Below are positions 1 to 8,960 of a stretch of 36,422 bases of DNA, piece by piece (position 1 is the stretch's first letter; every line of letters starts with the position of its first letter). This stretch comes from Methanosarcina sp. UBA402 (GTDB lineage Archaea > Halobacteriota > Methanosarcinia > Methanosarcinales > Methanosarcinaceae). Below the pieces are notes generated by a model that did no database searches, was not told where the DNA came from, and saw only the letters and a program-made list of their open reading frames with translations. Both the position numbers and the translations under genes were made by a program. The stretch covers positions 1 through 36,422 of the forward strand of contig DADO01000018.1 of NCBI GenBank assembly GCA_002509325.1, written 5' to 3'.

Positions 1-21
1 CTCCAAGCAATGGACACCTCC
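1..21 (-). other. Possible 5' end of a gene leaving the window on the minus strand
   Basis: Minus strand reads GGAGGTG (15-21, Shine-Dalgarno-like), then TCCA, then TTG CTT GGA G (10-1). Only 3 codons are visible. Confidence 0.3.
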
Positions 22-241
22 AAGAGCTTTAATTCGAGCAGTCTCTGCCCTACTCTGGTTGGAGTGATCGACTTCGTTTAAAAACAGGGGTTGAGCTGCA
101 AATACAAATATACATATCTATTTAGGGTATCTATTAAATTACCCATAAACATATCATTATTATTGCCACTCTGTATTCCCATTTAAAATATCGGTCTAAA
201 GTGCCGAGTATTGGTCTAGTATATCGAGTACATGATTACAT

Positions 242-263
242 CCTTTACAACACCTTTACAACA
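242..263. repeat. 11-bp direct repeat x2 (CCTTTACAACA)
   Basis: Two perfect adjacent copies just upstream of the Zn-ribbon gene. Confidence 0.7.
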
Positions 264-292
264 AATCAGTTCATTATTTTACCGGTGAATTC

Positions 293-754
293 ATGCCCCA
301 TAGATGCACCAGATGTGGAACCATTTTCGAAGACGGAGATTCTGTCATTCTAAGCGGCTGCCCGAACTGCGGTTGGAATAAATTCCTTTATGTAAAAGAC
401 GAACCTGAAGGCTTGGAAAACCAGGGTATGTCTGTTCTGGAAGAACAAAAGCTGGACCTGGAATCCTCTCTGGATGAAGTTGTCAGGAGTATTGACGAAG
501 CTCTTGCCTCTGAGCAGGAAAATGTAGAGCAGGAAGAGCAGGAATCAGAAGCCGAAAGGGAGGCAGTTGAAGAAAGAGTAGAGTCTGTAAGAATCCTTGG
601 ACCTGGCTCCTACGAGCTCAATCTAGAATCCCTTTTTGAAAGGAAAGAGCTCGTTATGGCAATCCGAGAAGAAGGGTCTTACGCCCTGCACTTACCTTCG
701 GTTTTCAATCAGCAGAAGGAAAAACAAAGAGAAAGATCAAAATCAAAAAAGTAG
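293..754 (+). CDS. Zn-ribbon domain protein (DUF2072 / OapC-ArvC-like)
   Basis: N-terminal MPHRCTRCG...GCPNCGWNKF with two CxxC pairs, an acidic linker, and C-terminal ESVRILGPGSYELNL...EEGSYAL, typical of this archaeal family. Confidence 0.85.
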   Translation: MPHRCTRCGTIFEDGDSVILSGCPNCGWNKFLYVKDEPEGLENQGMSVLEEQKLDLESSLDEVVRSIDEALASEQENVEQEEQESEAEREAVEERVESVRILGPGSYELNLESLFERKELVMAIREEGSYALHLPSVFNQQKEKQRERSKSKK

Positions 755-1044
755 AAATAATCTTTAAATTTTCCAAAACTCAAGGGAATTTCTTGCTTGG
801 AGATTTCTTAAAGTAGTTTCAGGATCGTTTTTATAGAACGAACTGTAAAAGCTAATACCTTTCTCCTGGAGAATATGATCGTTAACTTACCTATTCTTGT
901 AATTTTCTTTGATTGATTGCTTTTTTCAGGAATTTTATAATCGTTATTAAAAAGTTCAAGGAATCTGCTTTTATCGTTTATCTTAATTATCTTATGTCCA
1001 ATGCCTTCTTATTTTCTTGTTACGAAAAAAGAGTATTTGGCAAT

Positions 1045-1059
1045 AGGAAAATTTATATA
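1045..1059 (+). promoter_or_regulatory. BRE/TATA box of the heat-shock operon
   Basis: Purine-rich AGGAAAA followed by TTTATATA (1052-1059), immediately upstream of the operator palindrome. Confidence 0.7.
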
Positions 1060-1067
1060 CCATTGGT

Positions 1068-1084
1068 ACTAACTATAGGTTAGT
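1068..1084. promoter_or_regulatory. HSR1-type heat-shock repressor operator (CTAAC-N5-GTTAG)
   Basis: ACTAAC-TATAG-GTTAGT palindrome just downstream of the TATA box. It matches the motif described for Archaeoglobus fulgidus HSR1, whose gene also heads an hsr1-cdc48-hsp20 operon. Confidence 0.8.
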
Positions 1085-1247
1085 GTCTTGTGTATATGCC
1101 TTTCTAGCTAGTCTTCTGGGCAAAATTTCAGGAGGAATTCGCATAATTCTGTTAGAATTGCTCAAGACCGGAATGTCATAGTCTACCTAAAAACGTAGGA
1201 TCATAAAATCTTGCATATCACAAAATATGACATTATTGCCTTAATAT

Positions 1248-1275
1248 CTTATAAATTTAGACTTATAAATTTAGA
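1248..1275. repeat. 14-bp direct repeat x2 (CTTATAAATTTAGA)
   Basis: Two perfect tandem copies in the leader just before the regulator RBS. Confidence 0.7.
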
Positions 1276-1294
1276 CGATTATCAGAGGGGAATA

Positions 1295-1981
1295 ATGGAC
1301 CCAGCAAAACTACTTGACATCCTGGGGAATGAAAACCGCAGAAAAATTATTCAACTTCTTGCAAACCGCCCCTGCTATGTCAGCGAAATCTCTGGCAGGT
1401 TGGGAGTAGGGCCAAAAGCCATAATAAGCCATCTGGGGCTGCTTGAACAGGCAGGACTTATAGAGTACAGTGTGGATGACCAGAGGCGCAAGTACTTTAA
1501 CATCGCAAACAATATGCGGCTTGAAGTGTCAGTATCCCCATATGCCTATACAGTGACACTTCACGACATTGCTTTTGACGAGGAGGAAAAACGAGAAGCT
1601 CCTGCAAAAAAGGAACTCTCTACAAGGGAAGACTCATCGGCTTTTTTTCTTAAATTGAGCAGCAGACTTAAGGAGCTCAGAGCAAGGCAAGAAGAACTGG
1701 CAAAGATGCAGCAGCAGCTTCAGGCTGAGTACACAAAAGTCATGGACCGTTGTCTGGATTCAATTGAAGAAGTTGCCAGGAACTCTGTAGAATGTGAGCT
1801 TCTGTTTGAGCTTCTCAAAAATGAAACTACTCTAGCTGCCTTATGTTACAACCTACGCTTGCACCCGAGTATTGTTAACACTAACCTGATAGACCTTGCA
1901 GAGAGAGGATTTATTGAGCATAGTATCAAAAATAACCAGCATTATTGGAAATTACGTGAGACCGGAGTTGAGAACGAGTGA
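1295..1981 (+). CDS. ArsR-family heat-shock transcriptional regulator (HSR1/Phr-like, COG1777-like)
   Basis: [16 protein letters not shown]...YVSEIS...KAIISHL...LEQAGLI winged HTH, a coiled coil and a second HTH-like segment. ATG 1295 after GAGGGG preferred over TTG 1211. Overlaps the cdc48 start (GTGA). Confidence 0.85.
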   Translation: MDPAKLLDILGNENRRKIIQLLANRPCYVSEISGRLGVGPKAIISHLGLLEQAGLIEYSVDDQRRKYFNIANNMRLEVSVSPYAYTVTLHDIAFDEEEKREAPAKKELSTREDSSAFFLKLSSRLKELRARQEELAKMQQQLQAEYTKVMDRCLDSIEEVARNSVECELLFELLKNETTLAALCYNLRLHPSIVNTNLIDLAERGFIEHSIKNNQHYWKLRETGVENE

Positions 1982-4317
1982 TTGAAGAAACGAACTTGAG
2001 AGTTGCTGAAGCTTATCACAAGGACGTGGGCAGGGGAATTGCAAGAATTGACACCCGGCTGATGCAGCAAATGGGGCTCGTAAGCGGCGATATCATTGAG
2101 ATCTCAGGGAGGACCAAGACCTATGCAATTGTCTGGCCAAACGTGGAACGTGACCAGGAAAACCGGATTCGAATCGATGGGAACCTGCGCAGTAATGCAA
2201 AAGTAGGAATTGATGACAGGGTCACGGTTCAGAAAGTCCAGGCAAAGCATGCTCAGAGAGTCACCCTTGCTCCTTCTCAGCCTATAAGACTCGTTGGAGG
2301 TGCTCACTACATCCTCAGAATAATCGAGGGAAGACCTTTGAATAAGGGTCAGCAGATCAGGGTGGAAACTGTAAACAATCCCCTGACTTTCGTGGTTGCA
2401 TCTACAAGACCTGCAGGTCCTGTCGTAGTTACCAAGGATACTGAAATCGTCATCAAGGAGAAGTCGGTTCAGGAAATCAGGGTTTCAGAAGGCATTTCAT
2501 ATGAGGATATCGGTGGGCTTAAAAGAGAAATTCAGCTTGTCAGGGAAATGATTGAGCTGCCACTAAGACATCCTGAACTTTTCCAGAAGCTTGGGATTGA
2601 GCCTCCAAAAGGGGTGTTGCTCCATGGCCCTCCAGGCACGGGCAAAACAATGATCGCAAAGGCAGTTGCAAGTGAAACCGATGCCAATTTTATTACTATC
2701 AGTGGCCCTGAAATCGTTTCCAAGTATTATGGAGAAAGCGAGCAGAAGCTCCGCGAGATTTTTGAGGAAGCTGAAAAGGATGCACCTTCTATCATCTTCA
2801 TAGACGAGATTGATTCCATTGCTCCCAAACGTGGCGAAGTTACAGGAGAACTGGAACGCAGGGTAGTTGCCCAGTTGCTCTCCCTCATGGACGGGCTTAA
2901 GGCCAGAGGTGAGGTAGTTGTAATTGCTGCCACAAACCGTCCGAACTCCATAGATGAAGCCCTCCGCCGCGGTGGAAGGTTTGACAGGGAAATAGAAATC
3001 GGGATTCCTGACCGCAACGGCAGGAAACAGATCCTTCTCATTCACACAAGAGGCATGCCAATTGAAAAGGAGGTTAGCCTTAGTGAAATTGCAGACGTAA
3101 CTCATGGTTTCGTTGGCGCTGATTTATCTTCCCTGTGTAAGGAAGCTGCAATGCACGCCCTGAGAAGGATAACTCCTGAAATCGATATCGAAGAAGAAAT
3201 TCCACAGGAAATTCTTGATAACCTTGTCGTCACCAAAGAGGATTTCAGGGAAGCCCTGAAGAATATCGAGCCTTCAGCAATGAGGGAAGTTTATGTTGAG
3301 GTTCCGCACGTGGGCTGGGACGATATCGGAGGACTTGAAAATGCAAAGCAGGAACTTATTGAGGCTGTGGAATGGCCCCTGAAATATCCTGAAATCTTCA
3401 GCACTATCAATGTAAAACCTCCAAAAGGAATACTGCTGTTTGGACCTCCTGGTACGGGTAAAACCCTGCTTGCAAAGGCTGTTGCCAGTGAAAGCGAAGC
3501 CAATTTCATCAGTATAAAAGGTCCGGAACTGCTCAGCAAATATGTGGGTGAATCCGAGCGTGCAATCCGGGAGACCTTCAGGAAAGCAAAACAGGCTGCA
3601 CCAACGGTTATCTTCTTTGACGAAATTGATTCAATTGCCCCTCAGAGAAGTTCTGTTTCAGATACGCACGTATCCGAACGAGTTGTCAGTCAGATCCTTA
3701 CTGAACTGGACGGGGTAGAGGATCTAAAGGATGTGATCATTGTTGCTGCAACGAACCGGCCTGATATGGTTGATCCGGCTCTCCTGAGGCCAGGCCGCTT
3801 TGATAGGCTCATCTATATAAAGCCGCCTGAAAAAGCAAGTAGGGAAAAGATCTTTGAGATCCATACACAGGGAAAACCCCTTGCAGAAGATGTTAATCTC
3901 TCCGAGCTCGCTGATATGACCGAAGGATATGTAGGTGCGGATATCGAGGGCATTTGCAGGGAGGCTGCAATGCTGGCCCTGAGGGAGATCGTTGTTCCAG
4001 GAGTTGGCAGAAAAGACATTGAGAAACGGGCAGGGGAAATCAGAATCTCAAAGAAGCACTTTGAACGTGCAATCCGCCGTGTAAAGCCTACAACATCCAG
4101 GGAAAATCTCACGGCTTATGAACGGCATGCTGAGCTCTTTGCCAAATATGCAACCGAGTTTGAAGAAGAAACTCCCGAGTTTGAAGAAGAAACTCCCGAG
4201 TTTGAAGAAGAAACTCCCGAGTTTGAAGAAGAAACTCCCGAAACAGGAGAACAGGGAAAAGAAATCGAAAATAAAAATGTTCCGGGTTTTTTGAAGCCAA
4301 ATAAGTCTGCTTTCTGA
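1978..4317 (+). CDS. cdc48: CDC48/VCP/VAT-family AAA+ ATPase
   Basis: N-domain ([10 protein letters not shown]), two AAA modules with Walker A GPPGTGKT twice, Walker [17 protein letters not shown], and [23 protein letters not shown]. Confidence 0.97.
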   Translation: MIEETNLRVAEAYHKDVGRGIARIDTRLMQQMGLVSGDIIEISGRTKTYAIVWPNVERDQENRIRIDGNLRSNAKVGIDDRVTVQKVQAKHAQRVTLAPSQPIRLVGGAHYILRIIEGRPLNKGQQIRVETVNNPLTFVVASTRPAGPVVVTKDTEIVIKEKSVQEIRVSEGISYEDIGGLKREIQLVREMIELPLRHPELFQKLGIEPPKGVLLHGPPGTGKTMIAKAVASETDANFITISGPEIVSKYYGESEQKLREIFEEAEKDAPSIIFIDEIDSIAPKRGEVTGELERRVVAQLLSLMDGLKARGEVVVIAATNRPNSIDEALRRGGRFDREIEIGIPDRNGRKQILLIHTRGMPIEKEVSLSEIADVTHGFVGADLSSLCKEAAMHALRRITPEIDIEEEIPQEILDNLVVTKEDFREALKNIEPSAMREVYVEVPHVGWDDIGGLENAKQELIEAVEWPLKYPEIFSTINVKPPKGILLFGPPGTGKTLLAKAVASESEANFISIKGPELLSKYVGESERAIRETFRKAKQAAPTVIFFDEIDSIAPQRSSVSDTHVSERVVSQILTELDGVEDLKDVIIVAATNRPDMVDPALLRPGRFDRLIYIKPPEKASREKIFEIHTQGKPLAEDVNLSELADMTEGYVGADIEGICREAAMLALREIVVPGVGRKDIEKRAGEIRISKKHFERAIRRVKPTTSRENLTAYERHAELFAKYATEFEEETPEFEEETPEFEEETPEFEEETPETGEQGKEIENKNVPGFLKPNKSAF
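4156..4239 (+). repeat. In-frame 21-bp tandem repeat x4 (GAGTTTGAAGAAGAAACTCCC = EFEEETP)
   Basis: Four perfect copies in the cdc48 3' end. Confidence 0.95.
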
Positions 4318-4347
4318 AAGGCCGACAAATCTCGGCCTTTTTATTTT
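4317..4347 (+). terminator. Hairpin plus T-tract after cdc48
   Basis: AAAGGCCGA-caaatc-TCGGCCTTT followed by TTATTTT. Confidence 0.7.
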
Positions 4348-4473
4348 CCGGAGCTTAGATTCTATTGAAAATAATATTAAATGATTTGATTAAATTTGAT
4401 TAGCATTTATCTGAGAATGAATATTTACCTGATTATGAATCATGAATGGATAAATTAATAATGAAGTGATTAT

Positions 4474-5010
4474 ATGGACAGAGATAGGAAAAAAAGGAAA
4501 AACTTTTTCGATGAAATCTTTGGAATTGACTCACTTGAGGATATGGACGAAATGTTCGAACGCCTTAGCAGGGCAATGGGGACGAATCCGGAAAATCTCG
4601 GGCAGCAACCTTTCGTTTATGGATTTTCCGTAACCCAGAGATCAGGAGAAGATCCTGAAATTCGTGAGTTTGGGAATATTCCTATGTTTGAGTGGACTGA
4701 AACGAGTGAATCCGGGGAAATGCATAACCTCGATATAAGAAAACCTCTAATTGACGTACTGGAAGCCGAAGAGACCCTGCACGTAATTGCCGAAATTCCG
4801 GGCATCGAGAAAGAAAATATTAAACTGAACGCAACTGATTTAATACTTGACATCGAAACAATAGATGGGAATCCAAAATATTCCGAACGTGTGGAACTGC
4901 CCGTAAAGGTTGACCCCCAGAGCGCAAGAGCTACATACAAAAATGGGGTGCTTGAAGTTACCTTTAAGAGGTTGGAATCCAGTTCTCGGACCTCAATAAA
5001 TATTGAGTGA
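4474..5010 (+). CDS. hsp20: Archaeal small heat-shock protein Hsp20
   Basis: PFVYGFS...PEIREFGN motif and alpha-crystallin domain (PLIDV...AEIPGIEKENI...ATYKNGVLEVT), with an IxI tail (INIE). Confidence 0.93.
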   Translation: MDRDRKKRKNFFDEIFGIDSLEDMDEMFERLSRAMGTNPENLGQQPFVYGFSVTQRSGEDPEIREFGNIPMFEWTETSESGEMHNLDIRKPLIDVLEAEETLHVIAEIPGIEKENIKLNATDLILDIETIDGNPKYSERVELPVKVDPQSARATYKNGVLEVTFKRLESSSRTSINIE

Positions 5011-5063
5011 TTTTTGAGAATTATACTGTAAGTACAACAGCACTAGGAAAAGCAGAGGTAATA

Positions 5064-5561
5064 ATGGTGGGCACAAGAAAAAGAAAGGATTTCTTTGAAG
5101 ATTTTGGATCTGAACTTTTTGACAACCTGGAAGAAATGATCGAAGCCCTCCTGGAAGATATGGGAGAGCCTGTTCCCTTTGTCTACGGATTTTCTATTAT
5201 TCGTTGCCCAGAGGAAGATCATGAGTTCCAGGAATTTGGAAAAGTTCCGGAATATTTTGAAGACGAAGAGAATCTCTTCCCCTCCGAAATAAGAGACCCT
5301 TTAATTGACATCTTTGAAAGTGAAGAACTGGTACATGTACTTGCAGAACTCCCGGAGGTTAAAAAGGAAGATCTCCTGCTGAATGCGACTGCTCAAAATC
5401 TAGATCTCAGGGTAATTGGAGCTTCGGAATATTCGCAGGTTATAGAGCTTCCTTCCCGTGTAGATCCTAACAGTGCAAAAGCCAGTTATAATAATGGAGT
5501 GCTTGAAGTTACCTTCAGGCGGTGTACTGAAGAAAAACCCGTTGAAATCGAGATTAACTAA
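5064..5561 (+). CDS. hsp20: Second Hsp20/alpha-crystallin paralog
   Basis: PFVYGFS, DPLIDIFE, ASYNNGVLEVT and IEIN tail. ATG 5064 after GAGGT preferred over GTG 5007. Confidence 0.9.
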   Translation: MVGTRKRKDFFEDFGSELFDNLEEMIEALLEDMGEPVPFVYGFSIIRCPEEDHEFQEFGKVPEYFEDEENLFPSEIRDPLIDIFESEELVHVLAELPEVKKEDLLLNATAQNLDLRVIGASEYSQVIELPSRVDPNSAKASYNNGVLEVTFRRCTEEKPVEIEIN

Positions 5562-5978
5562 TGTCAACTAACTTGAAGAGTTGAGTGAAGGATCACACAG
5601 AAAGCACATTAAAAATCTCTTGAAAAAACATCAAGAACTGCTTGAAAATACATTGAAATCTGTTTGAAATTTGTAATTGGAAATGTCCAGTATCAAGTCT
5701 TGATTAAACTACATGTCGGGAAGCAGTTTAAAGTAGATAGTATGCAGAATCTTTTTAAGAAAAAGCTTTTCTAAAGCTTTTCTGTTACTCTAAAGCAAAG
5801 TTAAATTTTTAATGCATACTATTTATCTCTGTTTGTATATTTTTTCGCATATACTTTTGGCTATTGTTAATGTTTTTCTGCATTCTATTTTAACTTTACC
5901 TGTATTTTTCTTTCATTTTAGAGTGTCTTTTCTCTATTTTGCCATTAATATAAGGCGCTTATGCATTGTTTTTTCAAT

Positions 5979-6074
5979 TTCCTTTCCAACTTCCTTTCCA
6001 ATTTCCTTTCTAATTTTCTTTCCAACTTCCTTTCCAACTTCCTTTCTAATCTCCTTTCCAACTTCCTTTCTAAT
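5979..6074. repeat. 12-bp degenerate tandem repeat x8 (TTCCTTTCYAAY)
   Basis: Eight consecutive units with strong pyrimidine/purine strand asymmetry. Confidence 0.9.
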
Positions 6075-6863
6075 TTCTATTATCTCAATCTACACATTGA
6101 GGCTCTAAGCAATAACTAATTTAATTTGCTGAATTATTTATATTGAAACTTTTAATATAATTCAAATATTATATATTTAACACGATAACTAAATTTCATA
6201 AATTAGTATAAAAATGATTTGATTGGTTATTTAAAAAGGGCTGAAAAATTTGAGGTTTTTAGTTATAAACTTTATAACTGCGAAGTTTTAATGATTTGCT
6301 GTACTTTCGATGTGAACAAAAACACAAAATATATACACATGATCGTTTAACAGGGAATCTATAGTCCCGAAATATAAAGAAAGTATGGGCGGTTCAGGAC
6401 GAAAGCTCAAGATATTAATTCTTGCTAAAGGAAGTTTATTCCGCAGCCTTTAAGACAAGAATCAGTCTTGTGCAGAAGACTGAAAACTGTGCATCAGTTT
6501 AAAAATTAGTTCAAAAATTAGAGAAGGCCACATCGGTAGATAAATTCAATTTATGTAATAAGAAAGATGAAAGAAACAGAAATAAATTTGTGGTCTTTTT
6601 ATGAGACAGCATAAAATATTATCTCATAAAGTTAGATCAAAAGTATCCTCTTCAAGCGCCAAAAACATATCTCAATTAAGGTTCCCATAGGGAGAAAATC
6701 GAAATCTTTCTTATACACATGAATATTGAATTGATCTCTGGAAGAATATGAATAAGGCCTTTGTAAAGCCAAAGAAATCGGGGCTTTGGAGTGTTTAACA
6801 GCGAGACAATAGTTCAGGCATTTGTAATCTACAGTGCTCACAATTAATAATTATACTTACAGG

Positions 6864-6883
6864 CAAAAAATAACGTTTATAAA
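6864..6883 (+). promoter_or_regulatory. Putative BRE/TATA of DUF1646 copy 1
   Basis: CAAAAAATAACG-TTTATAAA, positionally homologous to CAAAAAACA-TTTATATA upstream of copy 2. Confidence 0.55.
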
Positions 6884-7057
6884 TTTAGGTATTGTTTAGC
6901 TATTTTTTTCCTCAAAAACATTCTTTTAGAGGGTTAAATTTCTACATGATTTATTAAATAATCTTTACTGTGAACACTATAGACTACTAGTGGATACTAT
7001 GAACTTTTGATGAATTCTATCAAACTATAGAATGAATCGTAAAAGGAGGAAAAAATT

Positions 7058-8170
7058 ATGGCTCTTGAAACAGGAGTTTTAATTGGATTTCTTATAATAT
7101 TCCTGGCTGTGTTGCTAGGGCCTTTTAAAATACACGTTATTGAGGAAAATCTGGAACCATTTTTGCTTGTGTGTGGAATAGCAGCAATGACTCTTTCAGG
7201 TTTTACCGAAATACCGGGTACAGAAACAGGCTGGAGAATGGAGATTATCCACGAAGCATTAACTGCACCGCTGCATGCTGGAGAAATTTTCGGCATTCCA
7301 ATCGGTATATTCCAGATAGTGCTTATTGTCGGATTGATTATCTATAAATGGCATACCCCAATCCATGGAGCAATCAGAAAATTAACTGATATGCTTTCTG
7401 TTAAAATCTTAGGTTTTCTTCTCATTGTTCTTCTTGGTATGTTTTCAAGTGTGATGTCGGCTATTCTTGCAGCAATTATTCTTGTTGAGGTAGTTAATGC
7501 AATGCCTCTCTCACGAAAATCCAAGATAGATCTTACAATTGTCGCATGTTTCTCAATAGGGCTTGGTGCTGCGCTCACCCCTCTTGGAGAACCTCTCTCA
7601 ACAATCGCTATCTCAAAATTATCGGGTGAGCCTTATCATGCCGATTTCATGTTCCTGTTTAATATGCTGGGCAAATACATCATCCCAGGTATCCTTGTAT
7701 ATGGTGTCATTGGAATGTTTTTCCTTGGAAAAGCTGGTCAAAAAGACCAGGGAATGGGAGCAGCAGAATATAGCGAGACAATGAAAGATGTCATTATGAG
7801 GGCTGTTAAAGTCTACGTGTTTATTGCAGCACTCGTGTTGCTCGGAGAAGGTTTCAAGCCCATTATACTTGAATACTTTATCCAGATCCCTTCCACGGTA
7901 CTTTACTGGGTTAACATGGTCTCAGCCATCCTGGATAACGCTACTCTAGCTGCTGCTGAAATAGGGCCTGCTCTTAGCGAACTCCAGATAAAGAGTATAC
8001 TTATGGGACTTTTAGTTGCAGGCGGAATGTTGATCCCTGGAAATATCCCAAACATCATCTCTGCAGGCAAACTGGGTATTACCAGTAAAGAATGGGCAAG
8101 GCTTGGAGTACCTCTTGGGCTTATTTCAATGGCTATTTATTTCGTCATTATCTTCTTCCTTGGAATATAA
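7058..8170 (+). CDS. DUF1646 family membrane protein (putative cation transporter, IT superfamily), copy 1
   Basis: 370 aa, highly hydrophobic. Motifs EENLE, GLGAALTPLGEPLSTI, SAILDNATLAAAE, GGMLIPGNIPNII. RBS AGGAGG. Confidence 0.88.
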   Translation: MALETGVLIGFLIIFLAVLLGPFKIHVIEENLEPFLLVCGIAAMTLSGFTEIPGTETGWRMEIIHEALTAPLHAGEIFGIPIGIFQIVLIVGLIIYKWHTPIHGAIRKLTDMLSVKILGFLLIVLLGMFSSVMSAILAAIILVEVVNAMPLSRKSKIDLTIVACFSIGLGAALTPLGEPLSTIAISKLSGEPYHADFMFLFNMLGKYIIPGILVYGVIGMFFLGKAGQKDQGMGAAEYSETMKDVIMRAVKVYVFIAALVLLGEGFKPIILEYFIQIPSTVLYWVNMVSAILDNATLAAAEIGPALSELQIKSILMGLLVAGGMLIPGNIPNIISAGKLGITSKEWARLGVPLGLISMAIYFVIIFFLGI

Positions 8171-8197
8171 GCTCAAAGTTCCTCCTCACCTAACACA

Positions 8198-8335
8198 GAT
8201 TCCATTCCAGATCCAGTAATGAATTAGCATTAAAAACCACTGATTTTGGAACAGAGCCACTATATAAACTTAGTTTCAAGTCGACAGAGTTCCAAATAGA
8301 CTCAGTCTCAAATAGGCTCAGTTCCAAAATCAGTG
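8198..8335. repeat. Inverted-repeat cluster downstream of DUF1646 copy 1
   Basis: CACTGATTTTGGAACAGAGCC (8238-8258) and GGCTCAGTTCCAAAATCAGTG (8315-8335) match 20/21 as an inverted pair. The left arm also pairs imperfectly with 8198-8217. Confidence 0.8.
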
Positions 8336-8796
8336 ATATTTGTATTTTTGGCTTGAAATATTGAATTTTATAAAACGATTTCTTTCTTCGAGACAGTCAA
8401 AAAACTCAAAATTATCTTTCCCTATATTGAACTTTGAATAATCAATCGAGTTTTTGAACATGAAAATCGTTCTGGAAACTCACTCAACAGCCAACTTTGT
8501 AAGTCATAAATGATTAAGAAAAGAGGAGATTAAGAAAAGAAATTTTGGGATCGGCGTTAGGGTAAAAACCATATTGGTTAATTATAAAAAATGGCTAAAA
8601 TATTTGTGATTTTTTGTTACAAACTTTATAACTGTGAAGTTTTATATAATTTGCTGTTATTTTAATAAGCAAAAACGGAATATAAATAATCATTTTGTTT
8701 AACAGGAATTCTTTAATCTCGAAATAAAAATATTTATGGTTATTATAATCTATAGTGCTCACAATTAACAATTCAATTAACAATTGTACTTGTAGC

Positions 8797-8813
8797 CAAA
8801 AAACATTTATATA
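8797..8813 (+). promoter_or_regulatory. Putative BRE/TATA of DUF1646 copy 2
   Basis: CAAAAAACA-TTTATATA about 150 nt upstream of the ATG, homologous to the copy 1 promoter. Confidence 0.55.
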
Positions 8814-8960
8814 TATTTCAGTACTGATTTGCTATTTTATCTCTCAAAATGTATTTTTAGAGAGTTTGGATCCCTATATGATTTATCTAATCATTTTTAT
8901 TGTGAACACTATTAAGATTGTGAGTGGATACTATAAACTAAATTATAAAGGGGGAAAATA

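Noticed and set aside
5812-6108. 98-aa plus-strand ORF
   Set aside because: Low-complexity translation of the 12-bp repeat and AT-rich spacer, with no RBS. The opposite strand lacks a start for the repeat frame.
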